From Octopus bimaculoides (Eukaryota): DNA of 34,443 nt. The DNA lies in contig NC_068984.1 in NCBI RefSeq assembly GCF_001194135.2, positions 83,102,218-83,136,660 on the forward strand, written 5' to 3'. The notes under the pieces were generated by a model. It searched no databases. It had not been told where the DNA came from and saw only the letters and a program-made list of their open reading frames with translations. A program made the translations under genes and the position numbers. This document shows positions 10,051 to 22,933 of this stretch, in pieces (position 1 is the first letter of the stretch; each line of letters starts with the position of its first letter).

Positions 10051-10698
10051 TATTGCTACTATTTATTTATTTATTTATATGTTACACCGATCCGAAGACA
10101 CGCATTTTGCGATTAGGCATAGATTAAACAATATTTAGCAAATTGTTATTTTACGTATATTCGACATGCTGAAAGCTCGAACTGAAATACAGAATGTAAC
10201 GAGGCATAATTAAATATTTCAAAGCATATTTTCCGTCACTCTACGGAGTCCTCTATTGTGCTTCAATCTGAATATCAAGAAGCAGAACCTTATAATAATG
10301 AGCCAAGGGCAAATTTAATGAAGGAACAACCGAATAGTAAATATATCTTAGCAGATAAACAAACAACAGGAATAAACGAAGGTCGACTTAGGCACATTTA
10401 GGAATCAATAAACGACATAGTGTAAAGTACATCATGCTGAAATATAAAATTTAAAAACAAAACATGGAGAAAGAATACTAGAGGCGCATTAGATTAATAC
10501 TTATGCCAGAACAAAAAGCTAAAAATAAAATAATTGGCATTTGTGCTGAAGCTGTTATAGAAGTTGCTAACTATTATAATGAGCTTAAGTAGACATTAAG
10601 TGAAATTGTAAAAAACAGAATATTTTTTAAAACACCGAAATTAATGACAGCATTTCAAGTTCCCACTGACTATAAACAGTGTGGTTAGATACTTTAAA

Positions 10699-10738
10699 GT
10701 ATTTCGTTATGCGCTACCTGTAGCGCATAACGAAATAC
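10699..10738. other. Near-perfect 40-bp palindrome (18-bp stem, 4-nt loop)
   Basis: GTATTTCGTTATGCGCTA-CCTG-TAGCGCATAACGAAATAC. Confidence 0.9.
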
Positions 10739-11949
10739 ATTATTTTTCCAGGTAAAAATCATATGTCAATTAAATAAGATCCAGCAATATTCTGACGTCA
10801 AGTCAATCAATTATTTCTTCTTTCTATAAAAAGAATTTTGGGAACTTGGGCATTATAGGTACGAGCAGAAAGAACTATCAAGAATGATGTAGAGGCTGTT
10901 GAGAAATCATATAGATTGCTCCGGCTGAAAAGAGATGATCGATGAGGTCAGTAGAATGTCACTAGAATGCAGTAGAATGCTGCTTTGACAGATCAACTCT
11001 GGTTGAGTCACCTGGATGTGGAAGTCTACTGTAAGATCCGAGACGCCCAAATCACCCCAAGATACATCACTGACAGTATGTTCATATATTGCATCTAAGG
11101 ATTCATGTTGCACTGTACTCAACCAATTAAATAATGAATGACATAGGAACATAAAAAGAGATTTTTTAAGTGATGAACTTCGATGAGAAGGGGTAAAAGA
11201 GAGAAATGAAGGAAGGGTCAAGTATAATGTTTGGTATATAATGTAGATATCTTGTCTCAGATCAAACTTCATTAAACAAACTTATGATCAGAGACATTCA
11301 AGCCATGACCAAGCTGTCATTATTTCAGGTACTGAGTGTCTAATTTACGATAACGTGCTTCGATACGAGAGGCATTTGTCTGCTGTTTCAACCACAAAGG
11401 TTCTTTCATTGGTGTGGTGTAGATGACAGATGTTAAGAGTTGCATGTAAAGAATAACTAACACAGTGTTAGGGATTTTTACTCCGACATAGTGTATTCTG
11501 GCCCACATCACCAAATGCGTCCATGCGTCTTTTTAAAGATGATTAGTTCATATTTGATGACGATTTAGTTTCTATTTCAGGCAGATCGAGCAGCCTCACG
11601 AAGAGTTTCTATAATCATTCATTTTGAAGTCCACTCTAGGGAAGGTGGTTTAGAGAATTAAAAGTTCCTAACGTTTCTAGCATAGACTACATGAGAACCC
11701 AAACAGAGCAGTCAAGCTAACGAAACACTCGTCAGTTTTATAGTGCAGTTATTGCTTGTACATTGGTGTGCCATTGCAATGTGTAACATACCTACTCCGT
11801 ATGGTCATTCATTGGGACTAAATCGTGGAATACATTCTTTCTCTTTTTATGATGATTTGACGGATATAGATTTCGCTGTTGTTTCTAGACCACGTTTCTA
11901 GACTACTCCGATAGCACGCAACCAGTGAGAGTGGTATGTTTAATTTATG

Positions 11950-12192
11950 AATGTGTGCGTGTGTGTGTGTGTATGTGTGTGTGTGTGCGTGCGCGCGCGC
12001 GCGTTTGTGTGTGTGTGCGCGCATGCGTTTGTGTATGTGTGCGCGCGCGTGTGGCGTGAGTGCGTGCGTGCGTGTATGCATGTATGTCGTATGTATGTGT
12101 GCATATATATATATATGCATTATGTATGTATGTATGTATATATGTATGTATATATGTATGTATATATGTATGTATGTATGCATGTATGCATG
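11950..12192. repeat. Compound GT/GC/TATG microsatellite
   Basis: Direct inspection. Confidence 0.95.
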
Positions 12193-12194
12193 TA

Positions 12195-13279
12195 TAGGGC
12201 ACAAGTGTTATTTGAGCGCAATCATCAGCATAATACTTTCTGCAAATTAATTAAAAGGTTTCTATTTTTTGGAATCCCCATGGCAAATAAAATACTAACA
12301 CAAGAAATGAAAAGATATGCAGTCATTGTTATCATATGTGTGGGACAGAACGATTTAGAAATTGCCAACTTCCCAAATTTTGCAAGATCTTTTGTACACA
12401 GTTTCGAAGGAACTGGAAGCTTTTGGATGGAATGCTCGAACTGCATCAAAGCGAAAAATGCATTCTAAATGTTCGGATACCATAAGGACACCGCAAGTCA
12501 TACAACGGATTCAAAATATTATCGATGATTATCCCAGAAAATCAGCAGGGCTATCACCAAAGAATTTCATAGAATAAGTATCAGTAATGACACACAATAG
12601 TTATCAGGACAGGTATCAGAATAAACAGGGAAAAAACATTTGAGCTGTGACAAGTGGTTACTTATCAAACGTAAGGGTCCTTGGGAGCATGGTACGCTTT
12701 GGTTCTTCTCTAATGACGAAAATTTGGACCAGGACCAAAAGTCTAACAAAGGAAATCGTAGGTGGCTATGTGCAGATCCTTCTGATGTACCCAGAGTGTT
12801 GCACACTAAGTTTCCAGAAACTGTGATGATTTTAGGAGTGCTGAGTGACGAAGATCATGTAATGCCACCTCACATCTTTGTACAGCGTCTCAGAATTAAT
12901 GTGGAGGAGTACGTTGAGTACTGGAGACAGTTGTTATGCCTTGGATGGATGAAGTACGCAGTTAAAGTCCATATGTGTTTCAACAAGACTCAGCATTTTC
13001 TCATAAAGCACACATAGCCAAAGTATGGATGTTAGACAATATTTACGATCATCTAACATAAAATTTGTGGCCTCCCTAACCCGCTACATTTAAATCCTTT
13101 TGACTAATAGGTTTGGAGTGTTGTTGAAAGGGGGACTCATCGATACAATTATCGAAGCTGAAGGTAGAAGCATTATCTGCTACGATAACTTAGTAAGAAC
13201 ATTTTCACACATTTGGATTTTGCTAGATTAGAGTTGCTTTATTACATTACCAAATATGTCTTCAAATACCATACGCACC

Positions 13280-13282
<3 letters not shown>
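12195..13282 (+). mobile_element. Tc1/mariner maT/DD37D-like element, near full length, pseudogenised
   Basis: N-terminus MANKILTQEMKRYAV...SKRKMHSKCSDTIRTP. Core WFFSNDENLDQDQK..NRRWLCADPSDVPRVLHTKFPETVMILGV..MPPHIF, then PYVFQQDSA.SH and LWPP. Diverged TIRs TAGGGCACAAGTGTTATTTGAG and rc CAGGGTGCGTATGGTATTTGAAG, flanked by TA. Confidence 0.92.
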
Positions 13283-13319
<37 letters not shown>

Positions 13320-13445
13320 GCACTCACACCCTCACTCACACACTCATACAGCACACACATACGCACACACACATGGATGTTTTCACACACGCATTCACAC
13401 ACGCATACACACACACACTTATATATACGTATGTGTATGTATATG
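13283..13445. repeat. TA/CA compound microsatellite
   Basis: Direct inspection. Confidence 0.9.
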
Positions 13446-13449
13446 TGCA

Positions 13450-13838
13450 GATTTGTATGTTTTGCTTTATGTATGTCTTCTCATGCATATAGTTGCATAT
13501 CTAGACATGCTCATATATATCTAAATGATAAACTTCTGGAACGTTTTACAGATTTTTACAGTTCCAGTGATGGTTTGGATCTGTAGTCTTCGAATTAGCT
13601 TTCTCCTTTCTGGTTTGAGAAGCCTAATTTCTCAAGATTATATTTAGGCAGTGTGTTACATATTCCAGGGCCCCAATAATTACAGGTATAAGCCTGAACT
13701 TGTAATCTGGAGAGAGTAACTGCAGATTCTCAACAGTTCGGCCTAAGTATTCTCTTTTTCACTGATCTTCAGTTTTATGTTAACATCGGCTGGGCAGCTA
13801 ATTTCCACAACAGTACACAGTTTCTCTTCTTTATCCCA
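13450..13838 (-). mobile_element. 5'-truncated non-LTR retrotransposon 3' end, R4/Dong-like restriction-like endonuclease
   Basis: With 3 frameshifts and 1 stop, 13838-13521 reads WDKEEKLCTVVEISCPADVNIKLKISEKENT*AELLRNLQLLSPDYKFRLIPVIIGALEYV...LIRRLQIQTITGTVKICKTFQKFII*. This matches the RLE tail pattern (E.SCP, K...Y, IP.IIGALG). Confidence 0.85.
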
Positions 13839-13933
13839 TGTATGTATGTATACTAATGTATATATATATACGTATATTGTATGTTTCCAATTTTGTCAGC
13901 ATCTATTTCAACACATGATTTCACATCAACGTT

Positions 13934-14281
13934 GTTGTTGGCACTCCATCGCTTACGACGTCGAGGGTTCCACTTGATCCGATCAACGAAGCAGCCTGCT
14001 CGTGAAATTAACGTGCAAGTGGCTGAGCAATCCACAGATACGTGTACCCTTAACGTAGTTCTCGGAGATGACCCTTTGAATTACAGGCACAACAGAAACA
14101 GGAAGAAATAGTGAGAGAAAGTTGTGGTGGAAGAGTACAGCAGGGTTCGCCACCATCCCCTGCCGGAGCCTCGTGGAGCTTTAGGTGTTTTCCGCTCAAT
14201 AAACACTCACAACGCCCGGTCTGGGAATCGAAACCGCGATCCTATGACAGCGAGTCCGCTGCCCTAACCACATTGCGCCTC
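13934..14281 (-). mobile_element. tRNA-derived SINE (family C) with 12-bp TSD
   Basis: Head GGAGGCGCAATG.TGGTTAGGGCAGCGG...GGTTTCGATTCCC (A/B boxes) and (CAA) tail. TSD CACATCAACGTT at 13922-13933 and 14282-14293. Confidence 0.88.
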
Positions 14282-15104
14282 CACATCAACGTTATTGTAA
14301 AATAAATACTAAAACAATATGTGCGTGTATGCACGCACGTATATGCGTGCATATGTGTGGGTAAGCATTTATATGTACACCAGTTTGTGTTCTAAATCTG
14401 CAGAGTATCAATATATATTAATATATGTATTCATGTGAAAAGTAAATAATTTATTATTTTTTTGGTAGGGTTCAAAGAAACTAAAACGCACACCATGAAG
14501 CTGACTTGCTCAAGATACAATACATTACTACGAAGTCTTCAAGTCTTGCCCTTATGACTCAATGTGTAAAGAACTTATCTCATAAAGAGTAATGGCCACA
14601 CATCATTCATGAATTATATTAATAGAAGCAAGGAAGCATTCCGATAAACCTTTTATATTTCATATTGTATCGATTATGGAATCTAACAGACTTGGAGTAT
14701 AATTACGATTGCTTCTTTTTTTAAGATTTTTTAGGTAAAGTATTTCCAATATAGTAGAATAGTAAAAGTCTAAACATATTCTTTAAAGTGACTTTGATTT
14801 ATAAAGAACAAAGATTCGTCGAATTAAGCCGTTTTAATTAACATCCTAATTCAAACAGGCAGTTTTAATTAATTGGTGTAATGATTTAGTTTGAAACTAT
14901 TTAGATTGGTTGATAATGATATGAATTGATACTTTGTTGCCCAAATCTCTAACATTTAAACAAGATATTCAGCGAACGCTTAACCTCCTCAACAGATACA
15001 TCTCTTTTAAATCATAACCTACTGACTTAAAAATGGGAGGAGTACATGATGTAATGTAGTCCTACATACCCCTAAACGATGGGCTGATCATGATCGGAGT
15101 ACAT

Positions 15105-15776
15105 TTGAGTTGATACGTTGTTTCTACCAGCCGCATGGTCAGTGGTTCGATTTTATAGAACTGAAACTTTTATAATGGCTTAGTCAGAGGAGGAAGAGAA
15201 GCAGCTATGACCCTTTTCAATTGGTCAGAAATGAAATAGAGGTAAGCAACAGTAATAACAGGAACGAGATCGACAACGACAGCAACAACGACGACGACGA
15301 CGACGACGACGACTACAACAACAACAACAACGACTACAACGACAACTTATTCACTTAACCAGTTGACTTTTCTATCTTCCCTGTTTATATCAATTGCTAT
15401 GTTAAAAACTTCGTACCAAGTACTGGAGTTGAGACGTATTTGTGGTCAAAATATTTAACATTTCCTAAAACAATGTAGTTAATTTTATCTTAGTTACAGA
15501 CCCCCACCTCTAATTACAAAGATGAGGTGTACTTCCTCATGACGCCTATTTCATAGACATGTACTGAACCATTTAACGCTATGTGATCTTATCTTTCTAT
15601 TGTATGCATTCGACCCAGTCTCCAATTTGAATACAACTCACAAGATCGGTTACTGAGTTTTTGAAAAGGGTCATAGCTGTTTCTCTTCCTCCTCTGACTA
15701 AGCCATTATAAAAGTTTCAGCTGTATAAAATCGAACCACTGACCATGCGGCTGGTAGAAACAACGCATCAACTCAA
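15105..15776. repeat. Long inverted repeat: 116-bp arms (15105-15220, 15661-15776) with 440-bp spacer
   Basis: Manual alignment gives 112/116 identical. Confidence 0.95.
15270..15345. repeat. (GAC)/(CAA) trinucleotide repeat
   Basis: Direct inspection. Confidence 0.85.
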
Positions 15777-16979
15777 TTTGCAACTAAGCATTGACCATTC
15801 AGCCGTTAGAGCGACACCTATATCAACGCTGTCACCAAGAAACATCGAACTGTTGTTATTATTGTTGTTCTTGCTGGTTTAGCCTCCGCAAACCTCGCTT
15901 CAGAAGCGGTTCACTTATGATCATCCAGTGTTTTCCGTGAGAACTGTGTATTTAGTACTTCGTGATCAAATCTCTCAGCATTTGAAAGACGACCGAGGTC
16001 ATGGTGTAATCTGGGAAAGATCTAGTTACTTTTTCGAGAAGGTCAAACATCCACATAGATGTGCCAAGTTATTCCCACCTCTTGAGTCCATAGAGCTTTA
16101 GGCGGTGAACTGACAATCGTTTGGGAGTAGAACAAAATGACTTGCAGTATTTGTTCTGATCTTTTAAATCTTGAGTTATCAACCAGTTGTTAACTTATCT
16201 GCTCTTAGCTGACTAACTAATGTCATGTAAAAAAAAATACCCGACAGAAGACAAAACACCGCCTTTGTATTTTCTCGTGATAATTCTATGAAAAGTACAT
16301 ATTGCTTCTCAGAAAAGTCACCCAGGGATATTCGTTGATCTGATTGGGCAAGGAATCAAAGAAATATAGCAAGTATGAAGTCGGTCTTATGATTAGATGC
16401 AATCCACAGATCCGTCCTTCTGATTAGCTGAGAACAGCAGTGTACATTATGATATGCCGGAGTAACTTGTATGCTATGCAGTGCTACAATCTGGCCATAT
16501 TGTACTCTTCTCACTCTCCAATTAAACCCTGTTCAACATTTTGTTTCGGCTATATACGTTTTGAAGAAGAAACTATTATAAATAAAGTACCGGTAATATA
16601 TCTGGAACTCAGGTAATCGACTATATTCCTCACCAACAATAATCAGTAATGTTCAATACATGTACTATCTATTCAGAATACATCTACGCGGTGATTAACT
16701 GAGACAAACCAGTTAAATTAGTTAATTATAAAGTGATGCAAATAAGTATTGGTACACGTTTAGTTTTGATTAGTTAACTATAGGTTTACAGTATGAAGCC
16801 ATGAGAATCGCTTATCTGTACCAGTCAATGTTGCTTTCATTGCTGAATACTAATTATCATTAGTTAAACATCAACGTAATGAGGTTCAGCACCTGTTAAC
16901 TCAGACAAGCAATGTTCGAGCATTGACCATGTGATATCGATATAGAATTGTTTAAGCTATTTTTGTTACTGTTGCCTTT

Positions 16980-17047
<68 letters not shown>

Positions 17048-17060
17048 TATTATTATTATT
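16980..17060. repeat. (TCA)n(TTA)n microsatellite
   Basis: Direct inspection. Confidence 0.95.
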
Positions 17061-17062
17061 AA

Positions 17063-17190
17063 AACGGTGAGCTAGTAGAATCGTTAGTATGCCGAACTTA
17101 GCGGATTTCGTTTGTCTTTATGATCTAAGTTCAAACGCTGCCGAGGTCGAACTTGCGTTTTTCCTTTCAGGGTTGATAACATAAATACCA
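17063..17190 (+). mobile_element. SINE family A, degenerate
   Basis: ACGGTGAGCTAGTAGAATCGTTAG...AAGTTCAAACGCTGCCGAGGTCGAAC. Confidence 0.7.
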
Positions 17191-19733
17191 CAAAAAGAAG
17201 CAAATAATCTTTTGATACACGAAGACAAAAATATTAACAGAAAGTAAGAAAGGTTAGCAGAAAAAGAAAGCGATAATGCAAACTCACAAAAGTTAAAATC
17301 AAACACAAATTAGTAACATATAAACAAAAGTACTAAAAACAACTACGAAACAAACTTGTACAAAAGTACTAAAAACAACTCCTTAATTAATATTAAATAC
17401 CAAGAGTAGGGCTTTGACACAAATCGAATACATTTGAAGAAACTTTACAAAAGCGAGTGTCTCCATGTTTGTGTTATCTATCCATGTGCGAGCAAAGTTA
17501 ATGACATGTTTGTTTCACGAAGGCCGTAAACAGTTTCCATACATCCTTAAAGGTATATAGTTAATGGAATCCCTAGATGTTGAATTGCAAGATGTATACT
17601 TCACTTAGAGATATAAGATATGTCGAAATATGTGTTTGATTTTGTGCGTTATTTCGCGTCGTCAACAAAGAACATCAAATCTGTCATTCACAGCCCCAGA
17701 AGAATGAATCCGTTCTTATATTAGAACAAGTTTTGGTACATATGCTGTTGTGCATAAAGCCCGGTCAAGATTGAATTAAAGCTGCACTAAGCAACGGGGA
17801 ACAAACTGTAATCATGTAAAATCATATTTAATACACCCGAGCATACTCAGACGTGGAAAGATCTTCTACTGCGGAAGGTTACCGCCAAGTGTATCTTTAA
17901 ATATACCTAAATTTATCTACCAGGAGAATTTTCTTTCGGAACTGTTTCTGTAATGTACGTACCGTATGCTGTTTTGATATAGGAGCGAATTCGTTCTTAT
18001 TGGGCAGTAGATGATAGATTTGGCCTTCTAAGTCGACAGTTCGATAGAATGCAGAAATGCATGCGCTCTACCACCCATTGAAGTCATTCATAACTCTATG
18101 TATTGTCACGTGTATCATCTAGGAGAATTTTCTTTCGGGACTGTTTCCACAACAGGTCTGCCCACATCTGATTGTGTTCAAGTGTATTAAATATGACTTT
18201 GTACTTTATCTTTTTTTCTTCTTCAGATGTCAAGTATCTGAAGCAACACTATGCAATGTAATCGTTAATATATTTTTCAAGGTGGTTTGTGAATAATTTA
18301 TAAGTATAATTTAAAGGTAATTTCGCTGCTATCTTTCACATATCAAGTGACTATGTAACGAGTCTACTGTTGGTTGGTCGTCTGTGTTACAGCATTAGTT
18401 ATTAACGGATACCCCGGTGTGACTATGTTAAGTATGTATTGACATGTATTGAGTTCGGTTAATCTACATTGACAACGCAAGTTAAAATGAAAATATGCTA
18501 TGTTCACAAGCGGTAATACATATTAATTAGCAACGTTGATATTGAATAACGGCTGTGTTAATTTAGGTTGATTCCTAATGAGAATATAATTCCTCAAGTT
18601 GCTGTAGAACAGGTAATGAACAGTAAAGCAAGTAATTAAGGCACTGATGAATTCATATATCAATGAAGCAAAGAAAAAATTGTTTTAATAGAATCAGCAA
18701 TACATATCCATAATTTCACGGAGTATGACATTATTAACAACTCCCCTCGTATCATTAAACATTTACTTCAATAAGCAATAGATTACGCTAAGAAGTTTAC
18801 AACTACTTGTGACACTGACGTCAATATTATTACGCAGGTAAAACAAACTATGTTATCCTTTGACAATGACCCATGAGTAAAGAAAAATGGCATTTCTGGT
18901 TTAATAAGGCTTATATCTGAAATTTACTTATACTTGAGACAATGTTTACATGGAGGTTTGTGCAGAGATTTTTGTCAGTTAATTTCACGGAATTTGAATG
19001 ACCATGAATCCATAGATGAAGAAAAAAAATCATTGTTTTAACTGAATTAAAAAGATTAAAGTTGACTATGACAAACATGCTTTTCTTGACATAATTTTAA
19101 ACCTGGTAGCTTGGAATAGTCACACTTATTGGAACCCACAGAAATATTATATCTTAATATAAACTACCCACTATATACTGAAAAGAATTATCCGAAAATA
19201 TTAGTCGCCGCCTTTCTACCATTTCATACTATGAATATCCGTCTAACATCATTACAAATTTTACAAGGCAATGAAGCGAAGTGGCTTCAAGATAAAATTT
19301 GTTTTATAAGAGACAGTTACGGCATATGCATTAAGAAAGAAAAAGGAAACGTAAAATAATGTGATAATTTTTTAAAATATTCATGAATGTATTAATATTT
19401 CGAAAAACGGTCTCCTAGTTACTATAATTACATAAATAATTTTCAGAATTTGTATTAATATTAGTTTTTCTTGTAAAATTGATTTTTCTGCTTAATTTTA
19501 TATTATTAACAATAAGGTAAACCTTACAACTTCAAAAACTAAGCAATCAAACAAATTGTGTAACTGTATAAGTCTGCAAATTTGTCTTCAAGACGGTATA
19601 GGTCTGATAAGGTCTATCGTGTATTGTACAGCAGTAAATGTTGTTTCCTACCTGCAAATGACTGTCAGACTGTCTTTTCCCTAAGAAAGTAAATTAACTT
19701 AAGGAATTAATTTGTATTATTCGAAATTATCTT

Positions 19734-19945
19734 AAGGCTATGAGATAGCAGAATCGTTATCATGCCGGGTAAAATGTTTAGTGGCTGTTCGTTCGTCATT
19801 ATGTTCAGAGTTCAAATCCTGCCGAGGTCGAATTTGACTTTTATCCTTTAAGGGTCAATAAAAGAGTATCATTTGAGCACAAGTGTCAAAGTAATCGACT
19901 AGACTCCTCCCTCAAAATTTCCGGCCTTTTGCTAATAATAGAAAG
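19734..19945 (+). mobile_element. SINE family A, degenerate
   Basis: GCAGAATCGTTATCATGCCGGGTAAAATG...GAGTTCAAATCCTGCCGAGGTCGA. Confidence 0.75.
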
Positions 19946-20872
19946 GATTATAGGTAATTATCTTCCCTTTTTGTTTTTGTTTTTTCACAGTTGCTAATAA
20001 TTGCCGCTAGGTTATTCTGTTCTTTCTCCAAATAAACGATAAGTTTTAATTTAAGAATTTTTGAGTATGGTGCTTACTACGTCACCCTTTATTTTATTAT
20101 CAATAGTTGAATTATTTCCAAGTCATGTTTATATGTATGTATGCACATGTGTGTGCGCGCGCGCGCGTGCACATATAAATATACATATATGCACACACAT
20201 ACATATGTGCGAGTTAGTGCACGCGCAAGTGCACGTGTGTGTGAATGTGTGTAGACATCAAAGTAACTATCCTTAAATAATTGCCCTTGATAACTTTTAT
20301 TCTGAATAGTTGCCTCTGAACAACTTCTCTGATTAAGATTAATATGAAAATATTAAATATTGCAATTATTAATTATACAGTTAGAAATATTATCTATTCT
20401 GATTTTATTTTATATAGTTCATCATAATTATATTTGCGTATAACCTACAATTTGAAATTGTAGTAGTATAATTATAGCGATATAAGAATATAAATCTTTT
20501 TGGATAATTCTTCTTATTGGATAGCTGATAAATCAGGAAAATTAAACTCTAATTAGTTTTATTAGTATTATTTGTGCTCCCATAGTCTTTTGCTCATTTT
20601 TCATTTAGTTGGGGAAATTTTCAGAAGCATTTTTTTTTTCTCGTGGGAGCAGTTGTTCTATGCAGTATGTTTATTTATTCAACTGATTATCCAGTCTTTA
20701 ACTATCCATGTGATGCATTATAAGCTCATGCAAACTATATGGAGTGAATGACGAGGAAGCAAGAACATAAACAACCACTCACTGGTGAGGAACAGTTGGT
20801 GAGTTTTAGCAAGCTACTTATCACACAGCCGTATATATACTACATATATATTTGTGAGTTAGTCGTGTGTAA

Positions 20873-22345
20873 GTGGATAGTAAAGAGGATGAGAAAGGAT
20901 ATAAGTATGAAAAGCAAGACATTACTTTGAAAACAGAGAGGAAGTTATCACAGATCTTGATCAAGAAGAAGGATCACTTTACACCAATGAAGTACAGACA
21001 ACTGACTCAACACTACAGTAAACTACCACACATGTACGGTCTTCCTAAGATTCACAAGGATGTTATTCCATTAAGGCCTATAGTAAGCTGTAGAGGTTCA
21101 GCATGTCATCCACTGAGCCACTTCCTTGTGGATATAATCAGTCCATTAGCAGGAAAGTCAACATCGTACGTGAAGAATTCCATCCACTTCACAGAATTGA
21201 TCAAGCCAGATGGTGAGTCTAGATGTATAAGTCTGTTCACCAAAGTCCCAACTTATCGGTGATTCAAGAAAAACTAGTAACAGACATCCATCTAAAAGAA
21301 CGCACTAGTATACCAATAAGGAACTTGATAGAAATGTTGACCTTCTGTATAGAAACTACCTACTTCAGTATCGACAAGAAGAGGGTTTAGCTATGGAATA
21401 CTTTGAGAATTTGGCTTCAGGATCAATAACACTAAAACCAACCCTATGGCTGCAACATATTGATGACACCTTCATACACTGGCCCCACCAAGAAGATGTC
21501 TAAGTGCTGTTAGATCATGTGAGCTCAATAAAGCCACCCATACAGTTCACAATGGAAAAAGAAAAAGACAATCAGCTAGCATTCCTGGACGTATTAATAA
21601 CAGACACCAAGTATGGATTCAGGACATCCGTATACCGCAAGCCGACCTTCACTGGACGATACCTCAGCTTCAACACCCGCCATCAATACAGTGTAAAGAG
21701 AGGGATTGCTCAGTGCCTAAAACATCGAGCAATGAATATAAGTAGCGATCGTGATACTCACCACGAAGAAATTATCAAGCTCAGTAACAATTTATTAAGC
21801 AACAACTACCCCAAAAGCATCTCTCCACTCTAATTATGAAGAAAAGAGAGGATGAAACCGGTAAACTGCCCACTGTCTGTTTACCCTATGTGAAAGGCCT
21901 CTCCGAAAAGATACAAAAGATATGCGGCCCATATGACATCAGGACAGTATTCAAGAGTAATACAACATTTCGCAAATATTTCCTTCGGGTAAACTACCAA
22001 TAGAAGAGAATATGACTAAGAACTGCGTGTACTCCATCCCATGCAGCTGTGGTAGGTTATACAAAGGCGAAACACGTCGCCCCCTCAAAATAGGGGTAGA
22101 GGAACATTGCAAAGCTGTGACACGGGGAGATATTGAAAAATCGGGTATAACTGATCATGTATGGAAAAATGGAGACCACCTCCCCCTGTGGGATGAAGTT
22201 AAGATAATAGACAGAGAATACCACTGGAAAATAGGGAAACTAAAAGAAGCAGCACATATGCTAGGACACAACAACCTCCTAAGGAGACCGTGTGAACAGC
22301 ATATGGGAACCGGTATTAAGGAAGGATAGGAGAATATTAGATTCA
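20873..22345 (+). mobile_element. Penelope-like element: reverse transcriptase plus GIY-YIG endonuclease, disrupted
   Basis: RT motifs MYGLPKIHK, PLRPIVS, SLFTKVP, QEEGLAM, WLQHIDDTF, QFTMEKE..QLAFLDVLI and VYRKPTFTGRYL. C-terminal CVYSIPCSCGRLYKGET.R.L...EH (GIY-YIG). Frameshifts, stops and deletions throughout. Confidence 0.95.
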
Positions 22346-22377
22346 TAAGCCCTAAAATTCACTCCATAATTGCCCAC

Positions 22378-22597
22378 GGGCATATGGTGTAGTGGTTAAG
22401 AGCGCGGGCTACTAACCCCAAGATTCCGAGTTCGATTCAGTGACCTGAATAATAATAATAATAATAATAACAACAACAACATCGAAAAATAAACTAAATA
22501 CCCAGGTTCGCAGCCGAAACATGTTAACAAACAAGATCCGTCTATTGTAAATAATGTAAATAATGTACATAATTCCTCATCTCTTAAATATAGAACT
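22378..22597 (+). mobile_element. tRNA-headed SINE-like element with (AAT/AAC)n linker and partly deleted tail
   Basis: A-box TGGTGTAGTGG (22385) and B-box GAGTTCGATTC (22428). Tail contains CAGCCGAAACATGT and the GTAAATAAT duplication. Confidence 0.7.
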
Positions 22598-22774
22598 ATG
22601 TAAAAGAATATTTGGCAATATGGTAGCGATCGGAAAGTTGTTCAGAGGTAAAAGCTGCTTTATAATCGGTGGAATGAACAGATATGACTGTTTGCGTCTG
22701 AATCTAAGTGTGATTGCGAGTGCGTGAAATTATGACAAATGCCTCTCATATACATACAAACGTACATATATATA

Positions 22775-22900
22775 GTCACAGGCGTGACTGTGTGGTAAGA
22801 AGCTTGTTTCCCAATCACATGGTTCCGGGTTCAGTCGCACTGCATGGTATCTTGGGCATGTGAGTGGATTTGATAGACGGAAACTGAAAGAAGCCTGTTG

Positions 22901-22933
<33 letters not shown>

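Noticed and set aside
10907-11272. 121-aa minus-strand ORF
   Set aside because: It partly overlaps a family B repeat remnant, has no recognisable domain and lacks clear splice signals.
11889-11933. Possible 45-nt exon (TTFLDYSDSTQPVRV)
   Set aside because: Its phase does not fit the other candidate exons and there is no independent support.
17922-18146. 26-bp direct repeat (17922 and 18121) as possible LTR ends
   Set aside because: It is too short, has no TG..CA termini or PBS, and has no coding sequence between the copies.
22378-22440. Possible tRNA gene
   Set aside because: A and B boxes are present but there is no complete cloverleaf, and it runs into an (AAT)n linker. It is a SINE head.
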